A stretch of DNA of 64,000 nt from the NCBI GenBank assembly GCA_045661305.1, contig JAZRFJ010000028.1:5234-69233 (forward strand), given 5' to 3'. Of the stretch, positions 53,529 through 62,794 are shown in pieces. A model generated the notes under the pieces. It saw only the letters and a list, made by a program, of their open reading frames with translations, was not told where the DNA came from and searched no databases. Position 1 is the first letter of the stretch, and each line of letters opens with the position of its first letter. The stretch is from Clostridia bacterium. GTDB taxonomy: Bacteria; Bacillota; Clostridia; UMGS1840. The translations under genes and the position numbers were made by a program.

Positions 53529-54239
53529 TTATTTATTATGAATAAGGGCCTGTACCTCATTAGGATTTAATTTTCGTATTTTTCCTGTTTTTAAGTTACC
53601 TAAACTCAAATTCCCAAGTGAAACCCTTTTAAGCTCTATCACATTGTGTCCGACAGCCTCAAACATCTTTCTTACCTGTCTGTTTCTGCCCTCCGAGATA
53701 GTAATCTCGACAACGCTTTTATCTTTGAAAATTTCAGATACAAAAACTTTTGCAGGGTATGTTTTTTTCTTATCAATAACAACACCTTTTCTTAATCTGT
53801 CTGCCTCTGAATCTGTAAGCTTTCCATTTATAACTGCTATATATTTTTTTTCGATATTATGGCTCGGATGTGTGATTTTATTCACAAATTCTCCGTCATT
53901 TGTAAGGATAAGAAGCCCTTCCGTATTATAGTCAAGCCGTCCCGCAGGATAAACCCTCTTTTCGGTTTCACCTTTTACAAGGTCTAAAACACAAGGTCTG
54001 TCAAACTGGTCGTGAACAGTTGTTACATACCCTTTTGGTTTATTTAACATATAATAAACCTTAGCTTCAGCTTTTAGAATTTTCTTGCCGTCAACTGTAA
54101 CAACATCGCCGTCTTTAATGGTATATCCCATTATATCAATAACAGCTCCGTTTACGCTGACTCTTCCCTCTTTTATAAGTTCCTCTGCTTTTCTTCTTGA
54201 TGCAATCCCTGCATCAGCAATATATTTTTGTAATCTCAA
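53529..54239 (-). CDS. rluB: RsuA/RluB-family pseudouridine synthase
   Basis: 236 aa with S4 domain (MRLQKYIADAGIASRR) and the GRLDYNTEGLL catalytic motif. Confidence 0.88.
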   Translation of the reverse strand: MRLQKYIADAGIASRRKAEELIKEGRVSVNGAVIDIMGYTIKDGDVVTVDGKKILKAEAKVYYMLNKPKGYVTTVHDQFDRPCVLDLVKGETEKRVYPAGRLDYNTEGLLILTNDGEFVNKITHPSHNIEKKYIAVINGKLTDSEADRLRKGVVIDKKKTYPAKVFVSEIFKDKSVVEITISEGRNRQVRKMFEAVGHNVIELKRVSLGNLSLGNLKTGKIRKLNPNEVQALIHNK

Positions 54240-54248
54240 TTTCTTACC

Positions 54249-55049
54249 TCAATCTTTTATATAATTTTCATATATTTTTCTATGGTCATTCCAATCATCA
54301 GGTGCTTTTAAGGTTACACATATGTATGTTTTACCGTTTTTCTTAACTGCTGAAACAAGTGTTCTGCCCGCCTTTTTTGTAAATCCCGTTTTAACACCTA
54401 TATAATCATCACTTTCCCATAATAGCTTATTATGGTTTTTTAAATATCTTTCATTCCCGTTTTCACTTTTTATAACAGCAGTTTTTGTGGCAACTATTTT
54501 TGAAAAATCTTCATTTTCTAAAGCATACGCAGTAATGCGAGCCATATCAGAGGCAGTAACATAATGATTTTTCCCATCTAATCCTGACGGATTTTCAAAG
54601 CTTGAATTATATGCACCTGCCCACTTTGCGATTTCATTCATTTCGCCCACAAATCCGTCATATCCAAAGTATGTTGCAATTGCATTTGCGGCATCGTTTC
54701 CCGAATTTAGCATAAGACCGTACAAAAGCTGTTCTAAAGTAAGCTTTTCGCCCGCCTTAAGATAAATGCTTGAGCCTTCTGTCATAGAAGATTTTTTGTC
54801 AATTACTACGGTTGAAGACGGGGTTCCCATCTCTATTGCTGTTATTGCAGTAACAATTTTAGTTATAGAAGCAGGTGACATTTTTTCGTTTTCATTATAG
54901 CCGTAAATAACCTCTTTATCGGTTGCATTGTAAAGACATACCGCCCTTGCACTGTAAAAAATTTCTGAGTTTGCGACAGTAATTCCTGTTATAAAAAGTA
55001 AAAAACTTAAAAACACACTAAGAACTTTTAATTTATTCACAAAAATCAT
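54249..55049 (-). CDS. serine-type D-Ala-D-Ala carboxypeptidase (PBP5 family, low molecular weight)
   Basis: 266 aa with signal/anchor sequence and the SxxK (SPASITK), SGN and KTG motifs. Confidence 0.85.
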   Translation of the reverse strand: MIFVNKLKVLSVFLSFLLFITGITVANSEIFYSARAVCLYNATDKEVIYGYNENEKMSPASITKIVTAITAIEMGTPSSTVVIDKKSSMTEGSSIYLKAGEKLTLEQLLYGLMLNSGNDAANAIATYFGYDGFVGEMNEIAKWAGAYNSSFENPSGLDGKNHYVTASDMARITAYALENEDFSKIVATKTAVIKSENGNERYLKNHNKLLWESDDYIGVKTGFTKKAGRTLVSAVKKNGKTYICVTLKAPDDWNDHRKIYENYIKD

Positions 55050-55108
55050 ACTCCGTATAAAAAATATAAATATCTTTACATAATTATATGAAGTATCTCT
55101 TCTGAATA

Positions 55109-55510
55109 TTATTCTTCAGGCTCTATTATAACAACCTCTTCTTTTTTTGTAAACTTATCTACCACCTTCTCAATTATCCCTGGTGCAACATCAATAAGCT
55201 TATCAAGAGGAGTTGTGGCAGTATCAACATTAATCATTCTTACATTATCGCCTGTAACAACAAGAAAGCCAACAGGTGAAATGCTCATTCCGCCGCCTAC
55301 TCCACCGCCGAAATTAGGTTCTTTTATTTTGTCATTCACACCCTGAAATTCACTTCCGCCTACACCAAAGCCGTAAGCTACACGGGAAATAGGAATAATT
55401 GTTGTCTTATCCCCTGCATTTATAGGTGTTCCGATGATAGTATCAACATCAACAAGGTCCTTGATGTTTTTCAAAGCTCCATCCATAATTTTTTCAATAC
55501 TTGCAGACAT
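55109..55510 (-). CDS. ytfJ: sporulation protein YtfJ/GerW family
   Basis: 133 aa. TIIPISRVAYGFGVGGSEF...GGGVGGGMSISPVGFLVV is typical of the family. Confidence 0.85.
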   Translation of the reverse strand: MSASIEKIMDGALKNIKDLVDVDTIIGTPINAGDKTTIIPISRVAYGFGVGGSEFQGVNDKIKEPNFGGGVGGGMSISPVGFLVVTGDNVRMINVDTATTPLDKLIDVAPGIIEKVVDKFTKKEEVVIIEPEE

Positions 55511-55511
55511 A

Positions 55512-56123
55512 TCATTTAGTCTCCTTTGAAATTTTTTTATAAATTAAAAATGCTTTTGCAATATGAAACGGTTTTGCCTCAACTAAAAAGGCACACTTAA
55601 TTTCAAAAACAGCCTCCTGGGGTTTAAAGTCAACATTTATAACAGGCGGTTTTTCCAAAACAAAAAAATTGCCTGAAAATGAAGAAATGGTATTTACAAA
55701 GGCACAGACACTTCCGTAAGCTATTCCCCCCGTAACAGGATTTCCTGTTCCGAATTTCCCTATGAAGCCTGTTTCGTTTACAGAAATTTTCCCTTTAAGA
55801 TATCCAAGCACTTCGGAAAGTGCTTTTTTCTGACGCATAAAGTTATTTCTCATATCAAAAAACTTTTTCATTATGCTGTCCTCAGAATTAAGCTTTTTTG
55901 CATTTTTCTCATCTTCGGGTTTCTTTATACTCTTTGCTGACTTGTTTTTCATTTTATCAAGAGGAATATTAAAAGAAAATCCGAATTTTAATATTTTTAT
56001 ATAAATTCCGCTGTTACCAACAGAAATTACAAGCTTTAAGCTTGTAAAAATAAATATTAACGCAACTGTTAATATAACAGCCAATATTATAAGTATTGTA
56101 TATAATATTACCAATAATTTCAC
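55512..56123 (-). CDS. DUF2953 (YtfI-like) sporulation-associated membrane protein
   Basis: 203 aa with N-terminal TM helix. Position directly upstream of ytfJ, as in other Firmicutes. Confidence 0.65.
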   Translation of the reverse strand: MKLLVILYTILIILAVILTVALIFIFTSLKLVISVGNSGIYIKILKFGFSFNIPLDKMKNKSAKSIKKPEDEKNAKKLNSEDSIMKKFFDMRNNFMRQKKALSEVLGYLKGKISVNETGFIGKFGTGNPVTGGIAYGSVCAFVNTISSFSGNFFVLEKPPVINVDFKPQEAVFEIKCAFLVEAKPFHIAKAFLIYKKISKETK

Positions 56124-56135
56124 TCCTGTTAAAAA

Positions 56136-56735
56136 TTACTCAAAATCAGCTGTTTCAACATCTTCAAAGGTAAGATTATCGTCATTTGCCACAACATTTT
56201 CAATAACATTTTCGCTTATAGGCGGAAGCTCGTGGATTGACTGGAGTCCAAACATTCTCAAAAATTCATTTGTTGTTCCGTAAAGCTTCGGATGTCCTAT
56301 CGTGTTTAAGTGTCCTCTTTCTTCAATAAGCTCCCTCTCCATAAGACGGCAAAGCGAATTGTAGGAATCTACTCCTCTTATTGAATCTATAACAACCTTT
56401 GTTACAGGCTGATTATAAGCAACTATGCTCAAAACCTCCAAAGCTGATTGTGAAAGTGTTTTTGCACTTCTTGTTTCAAGTGCTTTTGAAACATAGCTGT
56501 GATACTCTGATTTTGTTACAAGCTGTGCACAATCGTTCATTTTAACAAGCTTTACGCCTCTTTTTTCCCTCTCAAGCATAAGCTCGAAAGAATTAAGCAC
56601 CTTTAAAAAAGCTTCATATTCCATTTCAACAGCCTCAGCCATTTTCCTACATTCCAAAGGAGCACCTGCGGCAAAAAGCATAGCTTCTATTATACTATAA
56701 AGTTCAAGAAATTCTTCATTATTCATTTTTGCCAT
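56136..56735 (-). CDS. scpB: segregation and condensation protein B
   Basis: 199 aa. EAMLFAAG..., LSQSALEVLSIVAYNQPVT and GRPKLYGTT-like (GHPKLYGTT) motifs. Confidence 0.92.
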   Translation of the reverse strand: MAKMNNEEFLELYSIIEAMLFAAGAPLECRKMAEAVEMEYEAFLKVLNSFELMLEREKRGVKLVKMNDCAQLVTKSEYHSYVSKALETRSAKTLSQSALEVLSIVAYNQPVTKVVIDSIRGVDSYNSLCRLMERELIEERGHLNTIGHPKLYGTTNEFLRMFGLQSIHELPPISENVIENVVANDDNLTFEDVETADFE

Positions 56736-56739
56736 CTCC

Positions 56740-57480
56740 TTATATTTTTATTAGCATAAATGCTTCTTCGTTTTCACTGTACTCTTCATAAATTGCAATT
56801 TTTTCTTCTTTTACAAGGTCGAGTAGTGCCATAAATGCTGCCGACACCTGTGCACGAGAATAACATATCTCACAAAAAACTTCAACAAGCTCTCTTTTAA
56901 AGCTTTCGTTAAGAGCATTTAAAAGCCTGTCCGACATAGAAGAAACAGATACTATCTCTCTTTCCACCAATGGATAAAACTCTTCCTTTGACGGTGCAAT
57001 TCTCTGGCTTACTCTTTCACTTAAAATATTAAGCACATTTACAAGCTCGTCCTTTTCCATATCAAATTTATTGTATTTGACAAGACCTTTTATTTTTTCC
57101 TTTGGCTTTGTAAAAGAATTAAAGCCGATATGCTCTCTTTCTTTAAAATACGATGTCATTTCAGAATATTTTTTATATTCAATAAGCTTTCTGACAAGCT
57201 CTTCACGAGGGTCTTCTTCAACTATACCTTCAGTAGTTTTTTCGCTTGGAAGAAGCATTTTTGATTTTATGTACAAAAGCTCGGATGCCATAACTATAAA
57301 TTCCGAGGCTATATCCATATTAAGCTCTTCCATTTTTTTTAGATAATCTATATACTGCTGTGTAAGCTCGAAAATAGGTATATCGTATATATCAATTTTG
57401 TTTGCTTTAATAAGATGCAGAAGAAGGTCAAGTGGGCCCTCAAACTGCTCAAGTTTTAAATCCATTTTAAAATTCTCCAT
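56740..57480 (-). CDS. scpA: segregation and condensation protein A
   Basis: 246 aa. FEGPLDLLLHLI signature. Confidence 0.92.
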   Translation of the reverse strand: MENFKMDLKLEQFEGPLDLLLHLIKANKIDIYDIPIFELTQQYIDYLKKMEELNMDIASEFIVMASELLYIKSKMLLPSEKTTEGIVEEDPREELVRKLIEYKKYSEMTSYFKEREHIGFNSFTKPKEKIKGLVKYNKFDMEKDELVNVLNILSERVSQRIAPSKEEFYPLVEREIVSVSSMSDRLLNALNESFKRELVEVFCEICYSRAQVSAAFMALLDLVKEEKIAIYEEYSENEEAFMLIKI

Positions 57481-57490
57481 ACAAATTTTC

Positions 57491-58174
57491 TTAAACTCCT
57501 GGTAAGACGGAAATTACTCTCAAAAAAGCATTAAGAATATTGCTTACACCTGTGTTTATAAGTCTGTCCAAAGTACCTCCCCACAGAAGCACGAAAAAAA
57601 CAATCATAATATATCTTTCATACTGCATAATGCGAAAATAGTAGTTTTGAGGTAAAAACGCAAATAAAACTCTTGAGCCGTCAAGAGGCGGAACAGGAAT
57701 TATGTTAAAAACTCCAAGTCTTATATTAAATATTGCGAGTAACCATAAAAAATCTCCCAAGTATGCAATATGTCCGAAATATGCAAAAAGCATAAGTGAA
57801 ACAAATGCTATTACAAAGTTAGTAACAGGTCCCATAAGTCCAACAATCGCCATTCCCTTTTTAGGGTCACTGAAATTCCCCGGATTAACAGGAACAGGGA
57901 TGAGAAGAAATAAAAATCCAACCCACATAAAAACATCTGTTATAAAGCTCAACGACGGTATAAGTCTTCCTAAAAAAGCACCGCCTAAAATGACTGCTAC
58001 ATATCTTTTGTTTATGTGCTTTAAGGGATTAAAAGAAAGTCTTCTCTGCCACTTTGCAGTATTATCACCCAAAAGATAAGCAGTATATCCGTGCATAACC
58101 TCATGGGGAACGGTTGATAAAATAAGTACAACCACAACCATAAGACCTGATATTATATTATTTAAAATACTCAT
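57491..58174 (-). CDS. site-2 protease family (M50) membrane metalloprotease
   Basis: 227 aa, polytopic, with HEVMHG (HExxH) and the downstream PVPPLDGS motif. Confidence 0.8.
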   Translation of the reverse strand: MSILNNIISGLMVVVVLILSTVPHEVMHGYTAYLLGDNTAKWQRRLSFNPLKHINKRYVAVILGGAFLGRLIPSLSFITDVFMWVGFLFLLIPVPVNPGNFSDPKKGMAIVGLMGPVTNFVIAFVSLMLFAYFGHIAYLGDFLWLLAIFNIRLGVFNIIPVPPLDGSRVLFAFLPQNYYFRIMQYERYIMIVFFVLLWGGTLDRLINTGVSNILNAFLRVISVLPGV

Positions 58175-58360
58175 CTGAAAAATACTCCTTGTTTTTATGA
58201 ATATATTATACCATTATTTCAATTTTTTTGCAATAGATTTTTCATTTTTTTATCAAATACTATAAAATAAAGTTGTGTTTTTTTAATGAAAAATGTAGAC
58301 AAAAAAAGAAAAATATGATATTATAACATTATTATATGACGAAGAAAGGTTTTTTACATT

Positions 58361-59245
58361 ATGGGTTTATTTAACGGATACTTAAAAGAGGGAAAAGGTG
58401 TTGATAAAGATGCACCTAAACCAATAAGACCGATTTATTTTTTTGAACTTTTTTTCAGAAAATTTGGTCAGATGATGAAGCTTAATTTATTATTTTTTGT
58501 TACAACAATACCGATATGGTTTATTCTTTTTATGGTTGGAAACTTCGCACTTTCCAACATGGGCGAAAATCAGTTTGTTCCTATGCTACAGACAATCACA
58601 CAAATTGCTGTTAATCCGCTTTCAATGATTATTCTTCTTGCACTATGCTTTCTTATTGGCCCGTCTACTGCAGGTGCAACATATATTCTTGTGAATTTTG
58701 CAACAGAAATGCCGGTTTTTCTTACCTCAGACTATTTTGAGCATTTTAAGAAAAATATAAAGCAATCTGCACTTCTTATGATGATTAATGTTTTTGCTTT
58801 TATTTCTTTATTCCTTACATGGATTATCCCTATACTTCCCGGCTATAATCAGCTTGAAAGCATCAGACTTTTCTATATGCTAAAATACCCGAGCCTTATT
58901 GTATTTATTATTCTTTTGTTCGTAAATTTCTATGCAAATACTATTATGGTTTTGTTTAATATGAAATTTATCGACATTATAAAAAATTCTATTTTATTTG
59001 CACTCGGAAAACTACCATTAAATGTACTTATACTTGTATTATCACTTCTTCCTGCAATACTTTTATCAAGCTTTTTCCACCCAATAATACTTGTTATTTG
59101 TTTTGCACTCATTCTATATTCTTTCGGTGGATTTATGGTTGTATATTCTGTTTACCCTACGATAGAAAAATATATGCTTATCCCTGCCAAAGAAAAGGAA
59201 ATTGATGTAGAAGAAAATAAAGAGTCATCAGAAGTTGAAATGTAA
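58361..59245 (+). CDS. DUF624/YesL-family membrane protein
   Basis: 294 aa with about 6 TM helices. The N-terminal pattern FFELFFRKFGQMMKLNLLFF resembles YesL-family proteins. Confidence 0.6.
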   Translation: MGLFNGYLKEGKGVDKDAPKPIRPIYFFELFFRKFGQMMKLNLLFFVTTIPIWFILFMVGNFALSNMGENQFVPMLQTITQIAVNPLSMIILLALCFLIGPSTAGATYILVNFATEMPVFLTSDYFEHFKKNIKQSALLMMINVFAFISLFLTWIIPILPGYNQLESIRLFYMLKYPSLIVFIILLFVNFYANTIMVLFNMKFIDIIKNSILFALGKLPLNVLILVLSLLPAILLSSFFHPIILVICFALILYSFGGFMVVYSVYPTIEKYMLIPAKEKEIDVEENKESSEVEM

Positions 59246-59305
59246 AATGTTTTTAAAAATTAAAAAAGCGTTTCTTAAATTTAAAATAAGAAACGCTTTT
59301 TTATT

Positions 59306-59569
59306 TTATTGTTTACTATTATGCTCATGCTCATACTTTAATTTCGTTGCCATGCCCCCTCTTATATGACGCTCTGCTTTATTTGTGTTAAGAACAGCTC
59401 TCACATTTTCATATAAATCAGGATTAATTTTTTTTAGTCTTTGAGTAACATCCTTATGTACGGTTGATTTTGATATGTCAAACTTTTTTGCAGTATCACG
59501 GACAGTAGCATTATTATCTATAATATAGCTTGCAAAAAGCACGGTCCGCTTCTCAATATATTCTTTCAT
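59306..59569 (-). CDS. spoIIID: sporulation transcriptional regulator SpoIIID
   Basis: Start at MKEYIEKR (59569, RBS GGGGAG). HTH ATVRDTAKKFDISKSTVHKDV and the basic tail. Confidence 0.9.
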   Translation of the reverse strand: MKEYIEKRTVLFASYIIDNNATVRDTAKKFDISKSTVHKDVTQRLKKINPDLYENVRAVLNTNKAERHIRGGMATKLKYEHEHNSKQ

Positions 59570-59727
59570 TTTTGCTCTCCCCATATATTTATTTGTATAT
59601 GTATATGAGAGCTTAGCAAATTATATGTGTTTTGGTTCATATTTAAAAAATCATTTGCTAAAAAATGTATATTTGTCCTTTAATTGTAAAAAATATTATT
59701 AGATTTTTTAAAAAAGGAGTAAAGAAT

Positions 59728-60396
59728 ATGTTCAAACATGAAAAACAGCTTTTTCACCCTGTTTCAGTTGAAAGACCAAACCCACAGTATGCCGCACTTT
59801 TGCAGGAACAGCTTGGAGGTGCAAACGGCGAGCTTAAAGCTGCTATGCAGTATATGTCACAAAGCTTCAGAATAAAGGACCCTGAAATTAAAGACTTATT
59901 TCTTGATATAGCAGCAGAAGAACTTGGTCATATGGAAATGGTCGCACAAACAATTAACCTTTTAAACGGACATGATGTAAACGCAGGTGATGTTCCCGCA
60001 GGTGAAATTCAATCACATGTGCTTTTGGGACTTAACCCAGGGCTTATAAATGCGTCAGGTTATTCATGGACAGGTGATTATGTATCAGTAACAGGTGATT
60101 TATGTGCTGACTTACTTTCAAATATTGCATCGGAACAGCGCGCCAAGGTTGTATATGAATATCTTTACAGACAGATAGACGATAAAAAAGTGCGTGAAAC
60201 AATAGATTTTCTCCTTAACCGTGAAGAAGCACACAACGCAATGTTCCGCGAAGCCTTTAACAAAGTGCAGAATACAGGCTCAAATCAGGATTTCGGAACA
60301 ACAAAAGCTGCCAGAATGTACTTTAGTATGTCGGAGCCATCTCCAAAAGACACACCGTTTCCAAAAACTGATGTTGAAAAACCTATGTTTCATTAA
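59728..60396 (+). CDS. manganese catalase family protein (CotJC-like)
   Basis: Start at MFKHEKQLFHP (59728, RBS AAAGGAG). GGANGELKAAMQYMSQSF and EELGHMEMV di-Mn ligand motifs. Confidence 0.9.
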   Translation: MFKHEKQLFHPVSVERPNPQYAALLQEQLGGANGELKAAMQYMSQSFRIKDPEIKDLFLDIAAEELGHMEMVAQTINLLNGHDVNAGDVPAGEIQSHVLLGLNPGLINASGYSWTGDYVSVTGDLCADLLSNIASEQRAKVVYEYLYRQIDDKKVRETIDFLLNREEAHNAMFREAFNKVQNTGSNQDFGTTKAARMYFSMSEPSPKDTPFPKTDVEKPMFH

Positions 60397-60438
60397 TATA
60401 AAAAGCCTCTCACACCGAGAGGCTTTTTATATTAATTT

Positions 60439-60867
60439 CTACATTTTTTCGCAACCCTTACATACTTCACAAAGTGCATCGGACACCTCAAAGGAATAAT
60501 CGAGTGATTGCGATAAATCACCCAGAGTAAGCATTCCCACAAGCTCGCTTTCGTTTACAACAGGAAGTCTTCTTACCTTTATATCCGACATAATATCAAA
60601 CGCATCGTCAAGGTCTGTAAACGGTGAAACGGTAGTTACATCTTTAGTCATAATGTCGCTTGCAGATGTATTTTTCACATCTTTCCCCTCACCGATTGCC
60701 CTTAAAACAATATCTCTGTCCGTAATCACACCGCATATATTTCCGTTATCGTCACAAACAGGTATTACACCTACATCGTTTTCACTCATAAGCTTGGCAA
60801 CATGGTAAATGTCAGTATTTTTCCCGACACTAAGAGCAGGCGTTGTCATAATATCCTTTACTTTCAT
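60439..60867 (-). CDS. CBS-pair domain protein with C-terminal CxxCxxC tail
   Basis: 142 aa with two CBS repeats (MTTPALSV...VCDDNG; MTKDVTTV...VVNESE). Tail is CEVCKGCEKM. Confidence 0.85.
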   Translation of the reverse strand: MKVKDIMTTPALSVGKNTDIYHVAKLMSENDVGVIPVCDDNGNICGVITDRDIVLRAIGEGKDVKNTSASDIMTKDVTTVSPFTDLDDAFDIMSDIKVRRLPVVNESELVGMLTLGDLSQSLDYSFEVSDALCEVCKGCEKM

Positions 60868-61056
60868 AATTTCCTCCGTTTTATTTTTTTGTTTTTGGTA
60901 TTATTTTTATAATACTATTTTTTTTCGCCTTTTAAAAAATATTCATAAATAAAAAGCCTTTTTTAATTTCTGTTCGACAAATTTTTTATATTTGTAGAAT
61001 AATTGTATGAAAAAAAATAATAAACACAAAATTTTTGGAAAAACAAGGAATTTGTA

Positions 61057-61085
61057 TTGACGGTTTTTAATTAAAAAAGTATTAT
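61057..61085 (+). promoter_or_regulatory. sigma-A type promoter of the Spo0A_C-like gene
   Basis: TTGACG, 17 nt, TATTAT. It is followed by 2.5 tandem copies of AAAAGTGCA (61099-61122) in the leader. Confidence 0.5.
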
Positions 61086-61141
61086 TAAAGCTGTTTTTAA
61101 AAGTGCAAAAAGTGCAAAAAGTAAAAAAAGAGGTACAAGAG

Positions 61142-61786
61142 ATGTCAAAGCTTTTATTCTGCGAGAATCCTGATTACTACAAAAAAATTGACAAAAGTCT
61201 TTTATGGAGTTATTTTATAACAGACTCATGGGCGGAATGTAAAAAATATATTTCTCTTTATATGCCAAAATCTATAACAATTTCGGAAAATATGGCAGAA
61301 AATATAGATGAGTTAATAAACCATGTAAAAAAAGAATATAAAGACTTTCCGTCTATATTCATATTTTCAAAAGAGCGTATATTATCATCAATAACAGACG
61401 AATTTGGAAAAAGACAAATTCTCCATGCAGATAAAATTCCACTCGAAACTGATAAAATTATAAACAATATTATGCTAAAATACAGCTTTGTTCCAAAGCT
61501 TAAGGGTTATACATATATAAAGCGGGCAATGTATGAGGGCCTTTTGAATGACGGCGCGTATATAAATATCAAAAAAATTTTATATCCGAACATAGCAACA
61601 ATGTATCTGGTAAGCGAGGGTGCAGTAGAACGCGGGATAACCTTTTCAATACTAAAGGCATATGAAAAGAGCGAAGAAATGAAAGAACTTTTCCAAAATT
61701 CTTCTCGTCCGCCCTCTAATCTCGAATTTCTAAAACGGTTTTTCATAGTTGTAAAAGATGACTTGTCTTGTTATACACATAAATAA
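61142..61786 (+). CDS. orphan Spo0A C-terminal (DNA-binding) domain protein with a non-receiver N-terminal half
   Basis: About 214 aa from the ATG at 61142 (RBS AAGAGGTA). The C-terminal half KLKGYTYIKRAMYEGLL...KILYPNIATMYLVSEGAVERGITFSILKAY parallels the Spo0A effector domain pattern (GY.YL..AI...LYP.IA..Y.T....VER.IR.AI). The N-terminal half has no DD...D...K receiver signature. Confidence 0.6.
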   Translation: MSKLLFCENPDYYKKIDKSLLWSYFITDSWAECKKYISLYMPKSITISENMAENIDELINHVKKEYKDFPSIFIFSKERILSSITDEFGKRQILHADKIPLETDKIINNIMLKYSFVPKLKGYTYIKRAMYEGLLNDGAYINIKKILYPNIATMYLVSEGAVERGITFSILKAYEKSEEMKELFQNSSRPPSNLEFLKRFFIVVKDDLSCYTHK

Positions 61787-62126
61787 GTGCGATACAAATA
61801 AAATACCATAAAAAAAAGTAACCTAAGCATATCTGTCCCATAAAATTAAACGGTAAAGACGAATAATCCCATACATCATATTTAAGAATAATATTAAAAA
61901 CAATACCGAATAAAAGCTCAATAAATGTTATAAATAAAGCGCAAAAAAGGCTTTTTATAAATATATTCATATCAGGATAGCTTTTGTTAAAAGCGTATAT
62001 AAATAATGTACATAGCCCTCCTGCAAAGCACATAGTCGGATGGGAATATCCACGCCAGATAATCTCTAAAACGGGGTATATACAAAACCCCCATGTAAAG
62101 GAAATAACTAAATCCAAATTTATCAC
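61743..62126 (-). CDS. small polytopic membrane protein (putative ABC-transporter type IV / CmpB-like family)
   Basis: 127 aa with 4 TM helices and the VWDYSSLPFNFMGQICL motif typical of that family. Confidence 0.65.
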   Translation of the reverse strand: MINLDLVISFTWGFCIYPVLEIIWRGYSHPTMCFAGGLCTLFIYAFNKSYPDMNIFIKSLFCALFITFIELLFGIVFNIILKYDVWDYSSLPFNFMGQICLGYFFLWYFICIALIYVYNKTSHLLQL

Positions 62127-62233
62127 CTTTACTTATTATTTCTCAATTTAAAACGGCTATGCACTGTTTTTATAATTAAAAGCAGAAAATGTTCAAAAAG
62201 TATAAAAAATTTAGAGTTTTTTTCCAAAAAAGC

Positions 62234-62262
62234 TTGATTTTTTTAAAAAAGTATGGTATCAT
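62234..62262 (+). promoter_or_regulatory. sigma-A type promoter of secG
   Basis: TTGATT, 17 nt, TATCAT, with a TGg extended -10. Confidence 0.5.
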
Positions 62263-62330
62263 AACTTAGTAACTCATTGTTACATAATTTTTCTTAAATA
62301 ATAAAATAATATCTTTGGAGGATTTTTATA

Positions 62331-62723
62331 ATGACAGCGTTAAAATTCATAATTATAGGATTTCAGATTGTTCTTTCCATTATTCTTGTAGCAGTTGTAT
62401 TATTGCAGAGCGGTTCACAGCGTGGACTTTCAGGCAGTATTGCAGGCGGTGCTGAAACTTTCTTCGGCAAAAATAAGGGAAGATCACTCGATGCAAAATT
62501 GAAAAAATGGACATCAGTTGTAGCTGTTTTGTTCCTTGTTTCTTCAATTTCTTTAAACCTTGTTATTCAGGCTGAAGACAAAAAAATAGAAGCTGAAACA
62601 CAGGCTTTAATTGAAGAACAGGCTAAAGCTCAGGAAGAAAATGAAGAAAATCATGTTCACGAAGAGGGCGAAGAGGGCGAAGAGGGCGAAAACACTCCTG
62701 TTGAAGAAGAAACAGCTGAATAA
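62331..62723 (+). CDS. secG: preprotein translocase subunit SecG with long acidic C-terminal extension
   Basis: The first 80 aa or so are typical SecG (LLQSGSQRGLSGSIAGGAETFFGKNKGR plus a second TM helix). This is followed by an extension of about 50 aa rich in E/A/Q. Confidence 0.85.
   Translation: MTALKFIIIGFQIVLSIILVAVVLLQSGSQRGLSGSIAGGAETFFGKNKGRSLDAKLKKWTSVVAVLFLVSSISLNLVIQAEDKKIEAETQALIEEQAKAQEENEENHVHEEGEEGEEGENTPVEEETAE
62661..62690 (+). repeat. perfect 9-bp tandem repeat (GAAGAGGGC x3 plus GAA) inside the secG tail
   Basis: Read directly. It encodes EEGEEGEEGE. Confidence 0.9.
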
Positions 62724-62794
62724 TAAATTAGATTTGATTTTTGAGAGTTCCGTTTTTTCGGGACTCTTTTTGTTTTTTAAGAAAGGAATGTACT

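Noticed and set aside
59570-59664. Sigma-E type promoter upstream of spoIIID
   Set aside because: The minus strand contains CATATACA, which resembles the sigma-E -10 consensus (CATACA-T), with an ATA-rich segment about 17 nt upstream. The match is too loose in this AT-rich spacer to report as a feature.
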